From Pseudomonadota bacterium (lineage in GTDB: Bacteria > Chloroflexota > Ktedonobacteria > Ktedonobacterales > JACDGC01), in NCBI GenBank assembly GCA_021323815.1, contig JAJPKG010000445.1:1-33165 (forward strand): a DNA stretch of 33,165 nucleotides, read 5' to 3'. Under the pieces are notes generated by a model. It saw only the letters and a program-made list of their open reading frames with translations. It had not been told where the DNA came from and made no database searches. The translations under genes were made by a program, and so were the position numbers. Below are positions 1-9,257 of this stretch, in pieces. Within the stretch, counting starts at the first letter, position 1. Each line of letters begins with the position of its first letter.

Positions 1-94
1 CGCAGAGGCGCCTGCCGAGGGTGGGCTCCGTGATTGGGGTGAAGTCGTAACAAGGTAGCCGTAGCGGAAGCTGTGGCTGGATCACCTCCTTTCT
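1..94 (+). rRNA. rrs: 16S rRNA, 3'-terminal fragment (gene begins upstream of the window)
   Basis: Universal 16S 3' sequence GTCGTAACAAGGTAGCCGTA...GGATCACCTCCTTTCT, with anti-Shine-Dalgarno CCTCC at about 85-89. Confidence 0.9.
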
Positions 95-221
95 AGGGAT
101 TGCGCTATCAGGTCCCCTGATAGCTTCCTAGGTCGATCGCGACGATCCTCTCAGGTTTTCAAGGCCGGTTGTTCTTTCTCACTCTTCAGCGGTCCAGGTA
201 CCGCGTCGCCTGGCTACGCCG

Positions 222-295
222 GGGCCTGTAGCTCAGCTGGTTAGAGCGCAGTCCTGATAAGACTGAGGTCCTCCGTTCGAGCCGGAGCAGGCCCA
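222..295 (+). tRNA. tRNA-Ile (anticodon GAT)
   Basis: Cloverleaf read by hand. Acceptor GGGCCTG/CAGGCCC, D-arm GCTCAGCTGGTTAGAGC, anticodon loop CTGATAA (GAT at 256-258), T-arm CTCCGTTCGAGCCGGAG, discriminator A295. The 3' CCA is not encoded (ACCC). Confidence 0.95.
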
Positions 296-366
296 CCCGG
301 ATTCGATAGTCATCCTTGACAGCAGCTCTTTCCGTGTGCTATGCTGCCTATCGGTTCAATGGACTT

Positions 367-442
<76 letters not shown>

Positions 443-489
443 GGCATAAATGCAAGCCGGGTATATAGATGTTCCCTGCGTATGTGCAG

Positions 490-612
490 GGGGATCGGTG
501 ATTATAGCGAAGGGGTCACACCCGTTCCCATCCCGAACACGGTCGTTAAGCCCTTCAGCCCCGACGATACTTGAGGCGCAGGCCTCTGGGAAAATAGGAC
601 ATCGCCGCTCCC
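490..612 (+). rRNA. rrf: 5S rRNA
   Basis: Conserved 5S core ...TAGCGAAGGGGTCACACCCGTTCCCATCCCGAACACGGTCGTTAAGCCCTTCAGCCCCGACGATACTTG...GGGAAAATAGGACATCGCC. The terminal helix pairs GGGGGATCGGTG with CATCGCCGCTCCCCC. A T-run follows at about 623-628. Ends are +/- 5 nt. Confidence 0.85.
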
Positions 613-699
613 CCTGCACATATGCTTTTTTGTTCCCCTTTCACTCCTCTTACCCTGCTCTCCCTCCGGTTATAGCATCCCCCGTTGGTCTGTTGCCCC

Positions 700-727
700 T
701 CGACAATGCCCGCCAAACAGCTATAAT
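700..727 (+). promoter_or_regulatory. Sigma-70-like promoter for the two-component operon
   Basis: TCGACA (700-705), 16-nt spacer, TATAAT (722-727), about 40 nt upstream of the receiver gene. RBS GAGAGAGGA precedes the ATG at 768. Confidence 0.5.
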
Positions 728-767
728 GCATCCTGTAGGCCCATTGATCTGAGAGAGGATCTCTGTT

Positions 768-1235
768 ATGAGTGCTCCCCCGCTATCACGCCCCTATCGC
801 GTGTTGGTCATTGATGACGACCCGCGATTGAATGAAATGATGGTCACATCCCTGCGTTTTCTTGGCAAATTTGAGGTGGTCGCGGCGTTTGACGGCGCGG
901 AAGGTTTGGAAAAATGCCTCACGACGCATCCCGATGTGGTCATTATTGATGTCAAAATGCCGCAGCTTGACGGCTTTCAGGTGGTGCGCGCCTTGCGCGG
1001 CGATCCCGAAACCGCGGACCTGCCGCTGATCATGCTCACCGCAATGGTGCAAGAACGCGACGAACTTTCCGGCCTCTTCAGCGGTGCGGATGTCTATCTG
1101 CGCAAACCGCTCGATCCCTATCAACTGGTCAATGCCATCAACGATGTCCTCGCCCTTGATCCGCATCAACGGCTGGCCAAAATGCAGCAGTTGGCGCAGC
1201 TTCGGTTGAAAACCGACGGAGGACCAACACCATGA
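768..1235 (+). CDS. Stand-alone response regulator receiver (CheY-like, no output domain)
   Basis: Receiver motifs VLVIDDD, phospho-acceptor context [25 protein letters not shown]. Good RBS. The stop overlaps the kinase start (ATGA at 1232-1235). Confidence 0.9.
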   Translation: MSAPPLSRPYRVLVIDDDPRLNEMMVTSLRFLGKFEVVAAFDGAEGLEKCLTTHPDVVIIDVKMPQLDGFQVVRALRGDPETADLPLIMLTAMVQERDELSGLFSGADVYLRKPLDPYQLVNAINDVLALDPHQRLAKMQQLAQLRLKTDGGPTP

Positions 1236-2680
1236 GCGCCGCTCCGCCACGTGCCGCTCCCCTGGCGCAAACACGCGAGCAAGACGCCGCGCTCCGCCGG
1301 TTAGAGCAAGAACAGGCAGCCCAATTTGAGTTTCAGCGGCGCTATAATCTGCTGCGCATCGTTGTTCCCGTCATCCTGACCCTTGCCGTCCTTGCCGTCC
1401 CCGGCGCGCTCTATACCGATATCAATGGGCCTCACGGATGGCTCGACATCTTCGCCCTAAATTCCAGCACCACCCAGGTGACGGTGGTGCTGACCGGCAT
1501 GATCATCTCGTTCCTCGCCCTGCGCCGCAAGCGCGTCATCCTGTCATCATATGCTCTGTTCTTCGGTGTCAGCGGCGTCATCGCGCTCTTGCTCTTGAAC
1601 GACACCGTTTTTTCAAACAACACCCTGGACCTGGGAACCACCCCCGAATTCGCCTTGTTACTGGTGCCGATTGTGCTCGCCAGCGTGCTGGGCGGTCCAG
1701 TCTTGATCGTGCTGACGGCGCTGGCTACCTCATCTTTGACGGTTGTGCTGCTCACCTTCGTTCCGGCGGCACCGGACCTCACCGCGTTTCGCGCCGCCAA
1801 TGCCGGCGGCTTCGTGCTCTATACCGTGCCGATCTCGCTGCAACTGGTCATCGGCGCGCTGGTCTATGCCACGCTGGCCGGTCTGCGCCGCGCCCAGGTG
1901 CAACTCAACACCGTGCGCGCAGCATATGAGCGCGAGCGCGAGCTGGATCAGTTGAAGAATCAGTTCATCGCCAGCATCAACCACGAGTTGCGCACCCCGC
2001 TGATGGCGTTGCAGGGATATCTGGTGCTGGCGCGCGAGTTCGGCAAAGCCCATGAGGCCGAGCAACAAGAGCACATGCTGGCACTCGGCCTGGAATCAAT
2101 GCAGCACATCAACAGCCTGGTTGACTCCATCCCTGAAGTGCGGCGTATCGAAACCGACGTCACCTCCCTGGAACTGGTGCCGGTGGATCTGCATAACGTC
2201 ATCGTCAAAGCGACGACCTTAATCGATCCGCGCCTCGCCGGGCAGGGCGAGCGTGAGATTCACCTGCGCGTGCCCAGCTTGCGGGTGATGGCCGATGAGA
2301 CACGCCTGTGTCAGGTGGTGGTGAATCTCATCAGCAACGCCTGCAAATATTCGCCTCCGGGCGAACCCATTGATATCAGCGCGCGGCTGTTGCCCGACAC
2401 GCACGGCGAGCGCCGCAAAAATACCCCGGCGCAGGTGGAGATCACTGTGCGCGATTATGGGCAAGGCATTCCGCCGGACCAAATTCCCCTGCTGTTCCAG
2501 CGGTTCGTGCGACTCAAACGCGACCTCGCCAGCAACGTCATCGGCGCGGGACTCGGCTTGGCCATCAGCCGCGCCTATGTGGAAGCGATGGGCGGGCGCA
2601 TCTGGGTGGAAAGCACCGGCGTTCCCGGCGAAGGCTCAGCGTTTTCCTTCACCCTGGCGCTGGCGGACGTACAGGAGTGA
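1232..2680 (+). CDS. Sensor histidine kinase with multi-TM N-terminal sensor
   Basis: H-box [14 protein letters not shown]-box [12 protein letters not shown]-boxes DYGQGIP and [24 protein letters not shown]. About 6 hydrophobic helices in the first ~215 aa. Translationally coupled to the receiver gene. Confidence 0.9.
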   Translation: MSAAPPRAAPLAQTREQDAALRRLEQEQAAQFEFQRRYNLLRIVVPVILTLAVLAVPGALYTDINGPHGWLDIFALNSSTTQVTVVLTGMIISFLALRRKRVILSSYALFFGVSGVIALLLLNDTVFSNNTLDLGTTPEFALLLVPIVLASVLGGPVLIVLTALATSSLTVVLLTFVPAAPDLTAFRAANAGGFVLYTVPISLQLVIGALVYATLAGLRRAQVQLNTVRAAYERERELDQLKNQFIASINHELRTPLMALQGYLVLAREFGKAHEAEQQEHMLALGLESMQHINSLVDSIPEVRRIETDVTSLELVPVDLHNVIVKATTLIDPRLAGQGEREIHLRVPSLRVMADETRLCQVVVNLISNACKYSPPGEPIDISARLLPDTHGERRKNTPAQVEITVRDYGQGIPPDQIPLLFQRFVRLKRDLASNVIGAGLGLAISRAYVEAMGGRIWVESTGVPGEGSAFSFTLALADVQE

Positions 2681-2797
2681 ATCACAAGCATGTAGGCCAG
2701 TGGAAGAACCAGGGCGAAAAGCACCGACCAGGGATGACACGCTGGTTTTCCTGCGCGGCCTGTGCTATGCTGAGGGCGCTCGCTCATCGTTTATGTC

Positions 2798-3910
2798 ATG
2801 TCGAGAAAGGACGCGCCCTCAATGGATTCCACCGCACAGACCGCCGCCACCGTGCAAGCTCCACCGGCGACACGTTCGGGAAGGCCGCCCAGCAGCCTGC
2901 GCTTTGATTGGCTGATGCTGGCCGTCAGCTTTTGGCCGCTGGCCGGGGCCTTGTCAGATACCTACGCCCACACCAATTTCCCGAAGCTTGAAACGTTCTT
3001 CACGCCCTGGCACGCGCTGCTTTATTCCGGCTTGGTGGCGGTGGCGACCTGCAATTTTCTGGTGATGCGTCATAACCACGCGCAGGGCTATCCCTGGCGA
3101 CGCGCCATTGCCCCCGGCTACGAGTTGACCAATGTGGGCGTAGCCGTGCTCTTCGTCGGCGGGGCCATCGATCTCGTCTGGCACACGCTGTTTGGCATCG
3201 AGCGCGACATCGAGGCGAATGCCAGCCCATCGCATTTATTGATCATCGCGGGCATCTTGCTTATTTTGGCCGGCCCCATGCGCTCCGCCTTCGCCCGGCG
3301 CACCCCCCTGCGCGGCGCGCAGCAGTTGCCGCTGGTGCTGTCAATGAGCTTCGTGTATGTGATGCTCACGCTCATCACCGAATATGCCCAGCCCTTCGTC
3401 TTCCGCTTCGTCACCGGCAACTTCGATTTTTATACGAATCCGCCCACACCGGTCGGCCCATTCTTGCCCCAGGCGCTCGGCCTCACCAGCTTCTTGTTCC
3501 AATCCGCGATCTTCATGGGGCTGCTGCTGGTGATCACCCGGCGCTTCCCGCTGTTCCCCGGCGCGCTGACGATCTTTTTCACGCTCGACATCCTGGCGCT
3601 CAGCGGTGTGCAGCAAGATTTCTCGCTGCTGCCTGCCGGCATCGTTGCGGGCATCCTCGCCGACATTCTGAATCTGCTGCTGCGCCCCACCAGCGGCACG
3701 CGCTTTGCCGTGCGGTCCTTCGCCTTCCTGGTGCCCATCGCGTTTTACGGCAGTTACTACGCCAACATGATGCTGATCGGCCAACCCATCACCTGGAAGA
3801 TCCATCTCTGGCTGGGATCGATCCTGCTTGCCGGCATCGTCGGCTGGGGGCTGAGCTACCTCGTCATCCCACCATCTGATCAAGGAGCGGACAGCGCCGA
3901 TCCGGCATGA
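2798..3910 (+). CDS. Polytopic integral membrane protein, function unknown
   Basis: 370-aa ORF with about 10 hydrophobic segments and high third-position G+C. No family recognised. The start may be the ATG at 2822, which follows AAAGGA. Confidence 0.65.
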   Translation: MSRKDAPSMDSTAQTAATVQAPPATRSGRPPSSLRFDWLMLAVSFWPLAGALSDTYAHTNFPKLETFFTPWHALLYSGLVAVATCNFLVMRHNHAQGYPWRRAIAPGYELTNVGVAVLFVGGAIDLVWHTLFGIERDIEANASPSHLLIIAGILLILAGPMRSAFARRTPLRGAQQLPLVLSMSFVYVMLTLITEYAQPFVFRFVTGNFDFYTNPPTPVGPFLPQALGLTSFLFQSAIFMGLLLVITRRFPLFPGALTIFFTLDILALSGVQQDFSLLPAGIVAGILADILNLLLRPTSGTRFAVRSFAFLVPIAFYGSYYANMMLIGQPITWKIHLWLGSILLAGIVGWGLSYLVIPPSDQGADSADPA

Positions 3911-4000
3911 ACAAAACCGGAACAGCCCTCATTCCACCGCGCGGATGTAGGAAGGCGCTTTGGAGAAGCGGATATTGAGCAGCACCCGTACCTCTGGGCT

Positions 4001-4034
4001 GGCGGAAAAAGCAGCGTTGAAGACGCTTTCCGCC
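4001..4034. terminator. Hairpin between convergent genes (candidate bidirectional terminator)
   Basis: GGCGGAAA ... TTTCCGCC outer stem with inner stem AGCG/CGCT. It sits between the stop at 3910 (+) and the stop at 4037 (-). Confidence 0.4.
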
Positions 4035-4036
4035 TA

Positions 4037-5182
4037 TCACTCGCCCTCGCTGCCGGCGGTTTGTCCCTCACCCGCGCTCGCTTTCGTCGCGGCCTTCGCT
4101 TCCTGGCGGGCGCGCAACGCTTTCAGGTGGCGCTGGTGGTCCTGATAGCGCTTGACGCGCAACGCCTGGCGATAGGCCCAATAGAGCGCGGGCTGATAGG
4201 GCAGATCGTGCGTTGCCAGGCTCAGGAAGCTATAGCCGCCGTAGCCTTTTTTGTAGGTATACAGGCTATAGAGTTCGGCGTCCGGTTCCAGCCGCTCGGC
4301 GATGGCACGGAAATCATAGATCTCGCAGCCCTGCGCCTTCGCCCATTTGATGGCGGTGAATTGCAGTGGATGATTGGGCCGCTGGTTACGATGGCTGTTG
4401 GACGACGCCGAATACATCGAGGTGGCGGTCTTGCCGCAGCGCATCGCCACCTGCGCGGCAATCGGCGTGCCCTGATATTCCGCGATGTACAGCACGCCGG
4501 CGTTCTTCGCCTCAAACAGATCCAGCAGTTCGTCGTAAAACGCCTGGGGATGCGTGAAGAAATGATCGCGCTCGGCGGTCTCGCGATAGAGCCGGTAGAA
4601 CGTGGCGCGGTCTTCCGGTCCGATGCCCTGGCGAATGGTGAGCGCCCTCAACCCCCGATTGACGTTATAGCGCGAGGAGGACGACATGGCGCTCAAGATC
4701 GCTTTCTCATCGCCGCGAATGTCGATCAGCCACGACCGGCGCGGGTGAGTGGCATAGGGATTTTGCCGGAAATGCAACGCGTTCAGGCGAGTCAGCCATT
4801 GCTGGTTGCCGTCTTCCACCTGCGGCTCGACTTTCAGCATGAAGCAGCCGCGCTCGCGGGCGATCGCTTCCACTCCTTGCAGCAGCAGCGGCAGGGCGGG
4901 CGAATCAGGATCGTCACACACCGGACCGCGCGGCGCATAGAGATATGGCCGCCCGATGACGGGAGCGCGCGTCTCTACCATGAGCATCAGTGCCACGTAA
5001 TCGCCCGCCGCGTTGGCGACGGCAACGCGGTGCATCTGCTCGCCCAGGTGCGTCAACTGGCCCCATTCCCAGGTCTGGGTGATGTAGCCGGTGGCCGCCG
5101 TCTCGTTGAGCGCCGTCCACTTCTCTGGATCGCACTCGCCCTCGCGGACGAGTTTCAAGGATGTCGAATCTATGGTGAGCAA
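4037..5182 (-). CDS. FemAB-family peptidoglycan interpeptide-bridge aminoacyltransferase
   Basis: Family-typical stretches: ITQTWEWGQL, YLYAPRGPV, SSSRYNVNRGL, NAGVLYIAEYQGTPIAAQVAM, SMYSASSN, RPNHPLQFTAIKWAKAQGCEIYDFRA, LYTYKKGYGG. I place the start at TTG 5182, preceded by GGGAGG (5192-5197) with a 9-nt spacer. The longest ORF runs to 5353 but has no RBS. Confidence 0.8.
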   Translation of the reverse strand: MLTIDSTSLKLVREGECDPEKWTALNETAATGYITQTWEWGQLTHLGEQMHRVAVANAAGDYVALMLMVETRAPVIGRPYLYAPRGPVCDDPDSPALPLLLQGVEAIARERGCFMLKVEPQVEDGNQQWLTRLNALHFRQNPYATHPRRSWLIDIRGDEKAILSAMSSSSRYNVNRGLRALTIRQGIGPEDRATFYRLYRETAERDHFFTHPQAFYDELLDLFEAKNAGVLYIAEYQGTPIAAQVAMRCGKTATSMYSASSNSHRNQRPNHPLQFTAIKWAKAQGCEIYDFRAIAERLEPDAELYSLYTYKKGYGGYSFLSLATHDLPYQPALYWAYRQALRVKRYQDHQRHLKALRARQEAKAATKASAGEGQTAGSEGE

Positions 5183-5377
5183 GGGGTGAATCCTCCCGGC
5201 ATCTGCATGGCATCTTTTCTGACAGCCCATTTTCCCATAGAATCGCGCAGATGAAAAGGGTGTGGCCTGATCAGGTAGATCTCCACATCGCGCCACCAAA
5301 GGTGGGAAATGCTTGCGCCTCTTGCGCCAATGGCATATACTAGACTCGAACATACTTCATGATATGGGATGCCTGTT

Positions 5378-5854
5378 ATGCGCAAGGTTCTCGCTCAACC
5401 GCTGGCCCTGCTGATGAGCATGATCATGCTCGTCGCGCTGGCCGTGTGCGGCGTTGGCCTGAAAACGGCGCATCACGCTCCCGCACAGCCTTTCAGGGGA
5501 ACCGTTCCGGCGCGGCACATCATCTCTGCGCCCGCAGGCGGCCTCTATTCCGCCGCCATCGGCACGGCCATGCTCGTCGCCGCCGTGCGCCTGCGCGACA
5601 CACTGGCGCTCGCTGCGGGGATCATCCTCGCGCAGCATGAGAGCGCTGCGACAGAGGAACACAGCGCGCAACCCGCCGGCGAGAAAGTGCTGGCCGCAGC
5701 CATGCTGGCCTGCGAGATGCTGGCATGGCTGGCGCTGTGCGCGCGCACATGCGAGCAAGACGTGCGCCGCCGTTTCGCCGCGTTTCAGCAAAATGACGTG
5801 CGGCCCTCACCCCTGAGCCGCCTCACCGCCCATCGCATCGCCCCCGCTCCCTGA
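5378..5854 (+). CDS. Hypothetical small membrane protein
   Basis: ORF 5369..5854 with a hydrophobic N-terminus (LALLMSMIMLVALAVCGVGL) and two further hydrophobic segments. No recognisable family. Codon bias is only moderately convincing. Confidence 0.35.
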   Translation: MRKVLAQPLALLMSMIMLVALAVCGVGLKTAHHAPAQPFRGTVPARHIISAPAGGLYSAAIGTAMLVAAVRLRDTLALAAGIILAQHESAATEEHSAQPAGEKVLAAAMLACEMLAWLALCARTCEQDVRRRFAAFQQNDVRPSPLSRLTAHRIAPAP

Positions 5855-6139
5855 TCCTTTCCCTCGTTTGCGCATATCCTTGCCTCATCTTCGCGTTTGC
5901 GTCATACACCCTGCGCATGGTGCGGCTGAGTTGATATGCACTCCTCCGTTCTGCACAGACGACCGGCGAGGCATGCAGGCGCAATGACGTGCGCCCCTGC
6001 GGAAGGAAACCCACGCAAACGGGTTTTGTGGCGAAGCCCTTAGGCGCGCACAGCGATCTTTCAGTCAATGCCCCCGGCTCGCGGCCATCAGATGACTGTA
6101 TCACAACTAGCTAGATAGCATGAGAAAGGTGTTTTGAGC

Positions 6140-7597
6140 ATGCGTAAACAGCGAAGCAGCTTGATCTATTCCGCAGGCATCCTCGTCCTGGGAATCGTCG
6201 CAGCGCTGCTTGTTATCGCGCCGCACAACATGCAGCTCAACGTGCTGGGCTTCCAGAACGATCTGAAGCTCAAGCAGGGTCTCGACCTGCAAGGCGGCAT
6301 TCAATTCCTGTTGCAGGCCAACTGCCCGTCGAAGAATCCGAACTGCGACATCGGCAGTTTGATTCAACCCACCATCGACAACCTGAACAAACGCATCAGC
6401 GGTGGGTTGGGCGTGAACGAGGCCACCGTCACGTATCAGAAAGACCAGACGTCAGGCAAATATTTTATCTCCGTTGAGTTGCCCGGCCTGAAAGATGACC
6501 GCCAGGCGCTGGCTTTGATCGGCACCACCGGCAACTTGGAGATCATCAACACCGGCGCGAACTACATTCCCCCCGGCACGCAGGTGCAAGAGGGACAATA
6601 TCCCGTCGTCTTCACCGGCGCGGATCTGGACCCGAACTCGATTGATGTCAGCTTCGATCAGGCGAACAATCCGCAGATCGATTTTGAGATGCAAGGGGCG
6701 GCGAAAGACAAGTTCGCCAACTATACCCAGCAAAACATCGGGCAATATCTGACTATCACGCTGGATAACGTCGTCATCGAATCCGCGACCATCCAGAGCC
6801 AGATCACCGGCCCCGGCCAGATCACCGGCATCAAGTCGGTGAACGACGCTCAGCGCATCGCCTCGCTAATGCGCTATGGCGCGCTGCCGCTGCCACTGAC
6901 GCAGGCGGGCGAGCGCCAGATCGATCCCACGTTGGGTGCGCAAGCGATCAATCAAAGCATTGTTGCCGCCATCATCGGCCTGGGCCTGGTGGTGCTGTTC
7001 ATGCTCGTCTACTATCGCCTGCCCGGCCTGGTTGCTACCCTGGCGCTGGCGCTCTATGCCCTGCTGGTCATCTCCATCCTGAAGCTGATCGGCGCGGTGC
7101 TCACGCTGGCCGGCATCGCCGGTTTGATCCTTTCCATCGGCATGGCGGTGGATGCCAACGTGCTGATCTTCGAGCGCATCAAAGAAGAGTTGCGCGCCGG
7201 GCGCACGCTGGGCGCGGCCATCGACATCGGCTGGAAGCGCGCGTGGCCCTCCATCCGCGACTCCAACGCCTCGACGATCATTACGTGTTTGATCCTGTCG
7301 TTCTTCGGCAACAACTTCGGCGCAACCATCATCGTCGGCTTCGCCACCAACCTGCTCATCGGCGTCGTGACCTCGCTGTTCACCGCTGTTGTGGTGACGC
7401 GCACGCTGCTCAACGACCTGGTGACTCTCTTCCCCTGGGTGGTGCGCTACCCGGCGCTCTTTGGCCTGCCAAAAGATGCCATCACCGTGCCAACCTATCG
7501 CCCTGGCCGCGCGGCGCGCGGCGCGCAGGCTGCGCCCGCCCTGGCCGGCGGCGCGGGGCAACTGGCGCTCGCCAGCGAAGGCGACGAGGAGGAATAA
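6140..7597 (+). CDS. secD: Protein translocase subunit SecD
   Basis: LKLKQGLDLQGG, periplasmic P1 domain, then a conserved C-terminal 6-TM block (GIAGLILSIGMAVDANVLIFERIKEELRAGR, DSNASTIIT). AAAGGTG lies 8 nt before ATG 6140. The track ORF starts at TTG 6134. Confidence 0.92.
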   Translation: MRKQRSSLIYSAGILVLGIVAALLVIAPHNMQLNVLGFQNDLKLKQGLDLQGGIQFLLQANCPSKNPNCDIGSLIQPTIDNLNKRISGGLGVNEATVTYQKDQTSGKYFISVELPGLKDDRQALALIGTTGNLEIINTGANYIPPGTQVQEGQYPVVFTGADLDPNSIDVSFDQANNPQIDFEMQGAAKDKFANYTQQNIGQYLTITLDNVVIESATIQSQITGPGQITGIKSVNDAQRIASLMRYGALPLPLTQAGERQIDPTLGAQAINQSIVAAIIGLGLVVLFMLVYYRLPGLVATLALALYALLVISILKLIGAVLTLAGIAGLILSIGMAVDANVLIFERIKEELRAGRTLGAAIDIGWKRAWPSIRDSNASTIITCLILSFFGNNFGATIIVGFATNLLIGVVTSLFTAVVVTRTLLNDLVTLFPWVVRYPALFGLPKDAITVPTYRPGRAARGAQAAPALAGGAGQLALASEGDEEE

Positions 7598-7606
7598 GAC
7601 AACGCC

Positions 7607-9040
7607 ATGTTCAACTTAACGAGCAAGAAATATTACTTTTTCGCCGCCTCGCTGTTGGTGATTATTCCGGGCTTCCTCGCGCTGCTGGCGTGGGGACTGA
7701 ATCCCGGCATCGACTTCACCGGCGGCACAACGGTGGATCTGCGCTTCCAGAATGCGCTGACCAGCGCGCAGGCGAACGACGTAGGGCATATCTTCGCCAC
7801 GCAGGCGCATGCGAAAGATGTCAAGGTCTATCTGTCGCACGCGCTCAATAGCGGCGGCGCGCAGATCTTTTGGGTGCAGTTGAACGTCCCGGTGGACAGC
7901 AACGTGCAGAACGAGATTCTGGCACGCTTGCAAGCTCCCGGTGACCGGCTTGGCACCGTCAAGGCATTACCCCCGCTGAACCAGGCATCGCTGGACGGCG
8001 GCAAGACGCATTTCGCGCTGTTGCCCTTCCAGATCACCCCGCCGCCCAGCACGAGCGGCGGACCGGCCTTCACCGTGACGGCGCAAGAGGTGCAGGCGTA
8101 CATCACCGCCAAGCCGCTGCCCAACACCACACCGGTGGCGGCGACCAACAGTTCGACCAGCGCGACGCCCACCGGCACACCCGCGCCGACGGCCACGCCA
8201 ACCAAATCTTCGGCAGGTGCGAGCAGCGGTACCACCAAGCCGGCCACGCTGCCCGTTACCGTGCAAAAAGTCTATGCCGGCACGACGGATCAAATCGTGA
8301 CCGTGCAGACGCAGACGCTGCTGTCGCCGCAACAACTGTCGGACATGGAGTCCACCTTGTTGAGCAAATATGGCGTGCTGTATCAATCGCAGGTGCAGTC
8401 GGTCGGCCCGGCCATCGCCAGCAGCACCACGTTCCTGGCCATCGCGGCGGTCGTGGTTGCTTCGCTGTTCATTCTGTTGTACATTGCCTACGCGTTCCGC
8501 AACGTGGGCAGCGTCGGCAAAGCGTTACGCTATGGCACGTGCGCCGTCATCGCGTTGCTGCACGACGTGCTGGTGGTGCTGGGCGTGTGGGCCATTCTGG
8601 GCCACCTTTTTCCCGCCGTCTTCAAAGTAGACACGCTGTTCGTCACCGCCGTGCTGACCGTCATCGGCTTCTCGGTGCATGACACCATCGTGGTGTTTGA
8701 CCGCATCCGCGAAAACGTGCAGCGCCGCTCGTCAGAGACGTTCGTGGATATCGTCAACGCCAGCCTGTTGCAGACGATGGCGCGCTCGCTGAATACCTCG
8801 CTGACCGTGCTGGTCACGCTGCTGGCGCTGACACTCTTTGGCGGCACCAGCATCCGCCCGTTCACGTTGGCGCTGCTGGTCGGCATCTTCAGCGGCACCT
8901 ATAGCTCCATCTTCAACGCGAGCATGCTGCTGGTGGTGTGGGAAACCGGCGAATGGCGCACGTGGTTCCCCTGGACGCGCAACAAAGCAACAGCGGTGCA
9001 GGTGCGCGGCCAAAGTCTGGCTCGTGCCGGCGCACGCTAA
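7607..9040 (+). CDS. secF: Protein translocase subunit SecF with an expanded periplasmic loop
   Basis: N-terminal TM plus GIDFTGGT motif. C-terminal SecF block (IGFSVHDTIVVFDRIREN, TSLTVLVTLLAL, GTYSSIF). It lies 9 nt after secD. At 477 aa it is far longer than the ~300 aa usual for SecF. Confidence 0.92.
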   Translation: MFNLTSKKYYFFAASLLVIIPGFLALLAWGLNPGIDFTGGTTVDLRFQNALTSAQANDVGHIFATQAHAKDVKVYLSHALNSGGAQIFWVQLNVPVDSNVQNEILARLQAPGDRLGTVKALPPLNQASLDGGKTHFALLPFQITPPPSTSGGPAFTVTAQEVQAYITAKPLPNTTPVAATNSSTSATPTGTPAPTATPTKSSAGASSGTTKPATLPVTVQKVYAGTTDQIVTVQTQTLLSPQQLSDMESTLLSKYGVLYQSQVQSVGPAIASSTTFLAIAAVVVASLFILLYIAYAFRNVGSVGKALRYGTCAVIALLHDVLVVLGVWAILGHLFPAVFKVDTLFVTAVLTVIGFSVHDTIVVFDRIRENVQRRSSETFVDIVNASLLQTMARSLNTSLTVLVTLLALTLFGGTSIRPFTLALLVGIFSGTYSSIFNASMLLVVWETGEWRTWFPWTRNKATAVQVRGQSLARAGAR

Positions 9041-9065
9041 AACATATCGCTTCGCCGGCTCACCC

Positions 9066-9093
9066 TCGCCTCCCTGTGTGGGAGGCGATTTTT
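9066..9093 (+). terminator. Rho-independent terminator after secF
   Basis: Stem TCGCCTCCC/GGGAGGCGA (9 bp), loop TGTGT, then TTTTT. Confidence 0.75.
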
Positions 9094-9257
9094 GTTGTCG
9101 CTTGCATTCCATAAACAAGGTAGTTGATGGATACCCTTGCGCATGATATCTTGTGAATGGCATTGTCTTGCCTACATTGTGGAGCAATGTTGTCTCCCAT
9201 CGCTCCCTGCGAACGAGGTGGGGAGAGGGTCGAAACACATCGAGGAGGCGTCATTTC

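Noticed and set aside
9153-9257. Upstream extensions of track ORFs: 9153 for the TM2 gene, 10813 for SLT, 17874 for SARP, 21749 for rpsA, 23337 for the first P/A/Q-rich gene, 28713 for the YtxH-like gene, 5353 for FemAB.
   Set aside because: In each case an internal start with a proper Shine-Dalgarno sequence coincides with the beginning of the recognisable domain. The upstream codons are Arg-rich or unconserved-looking.
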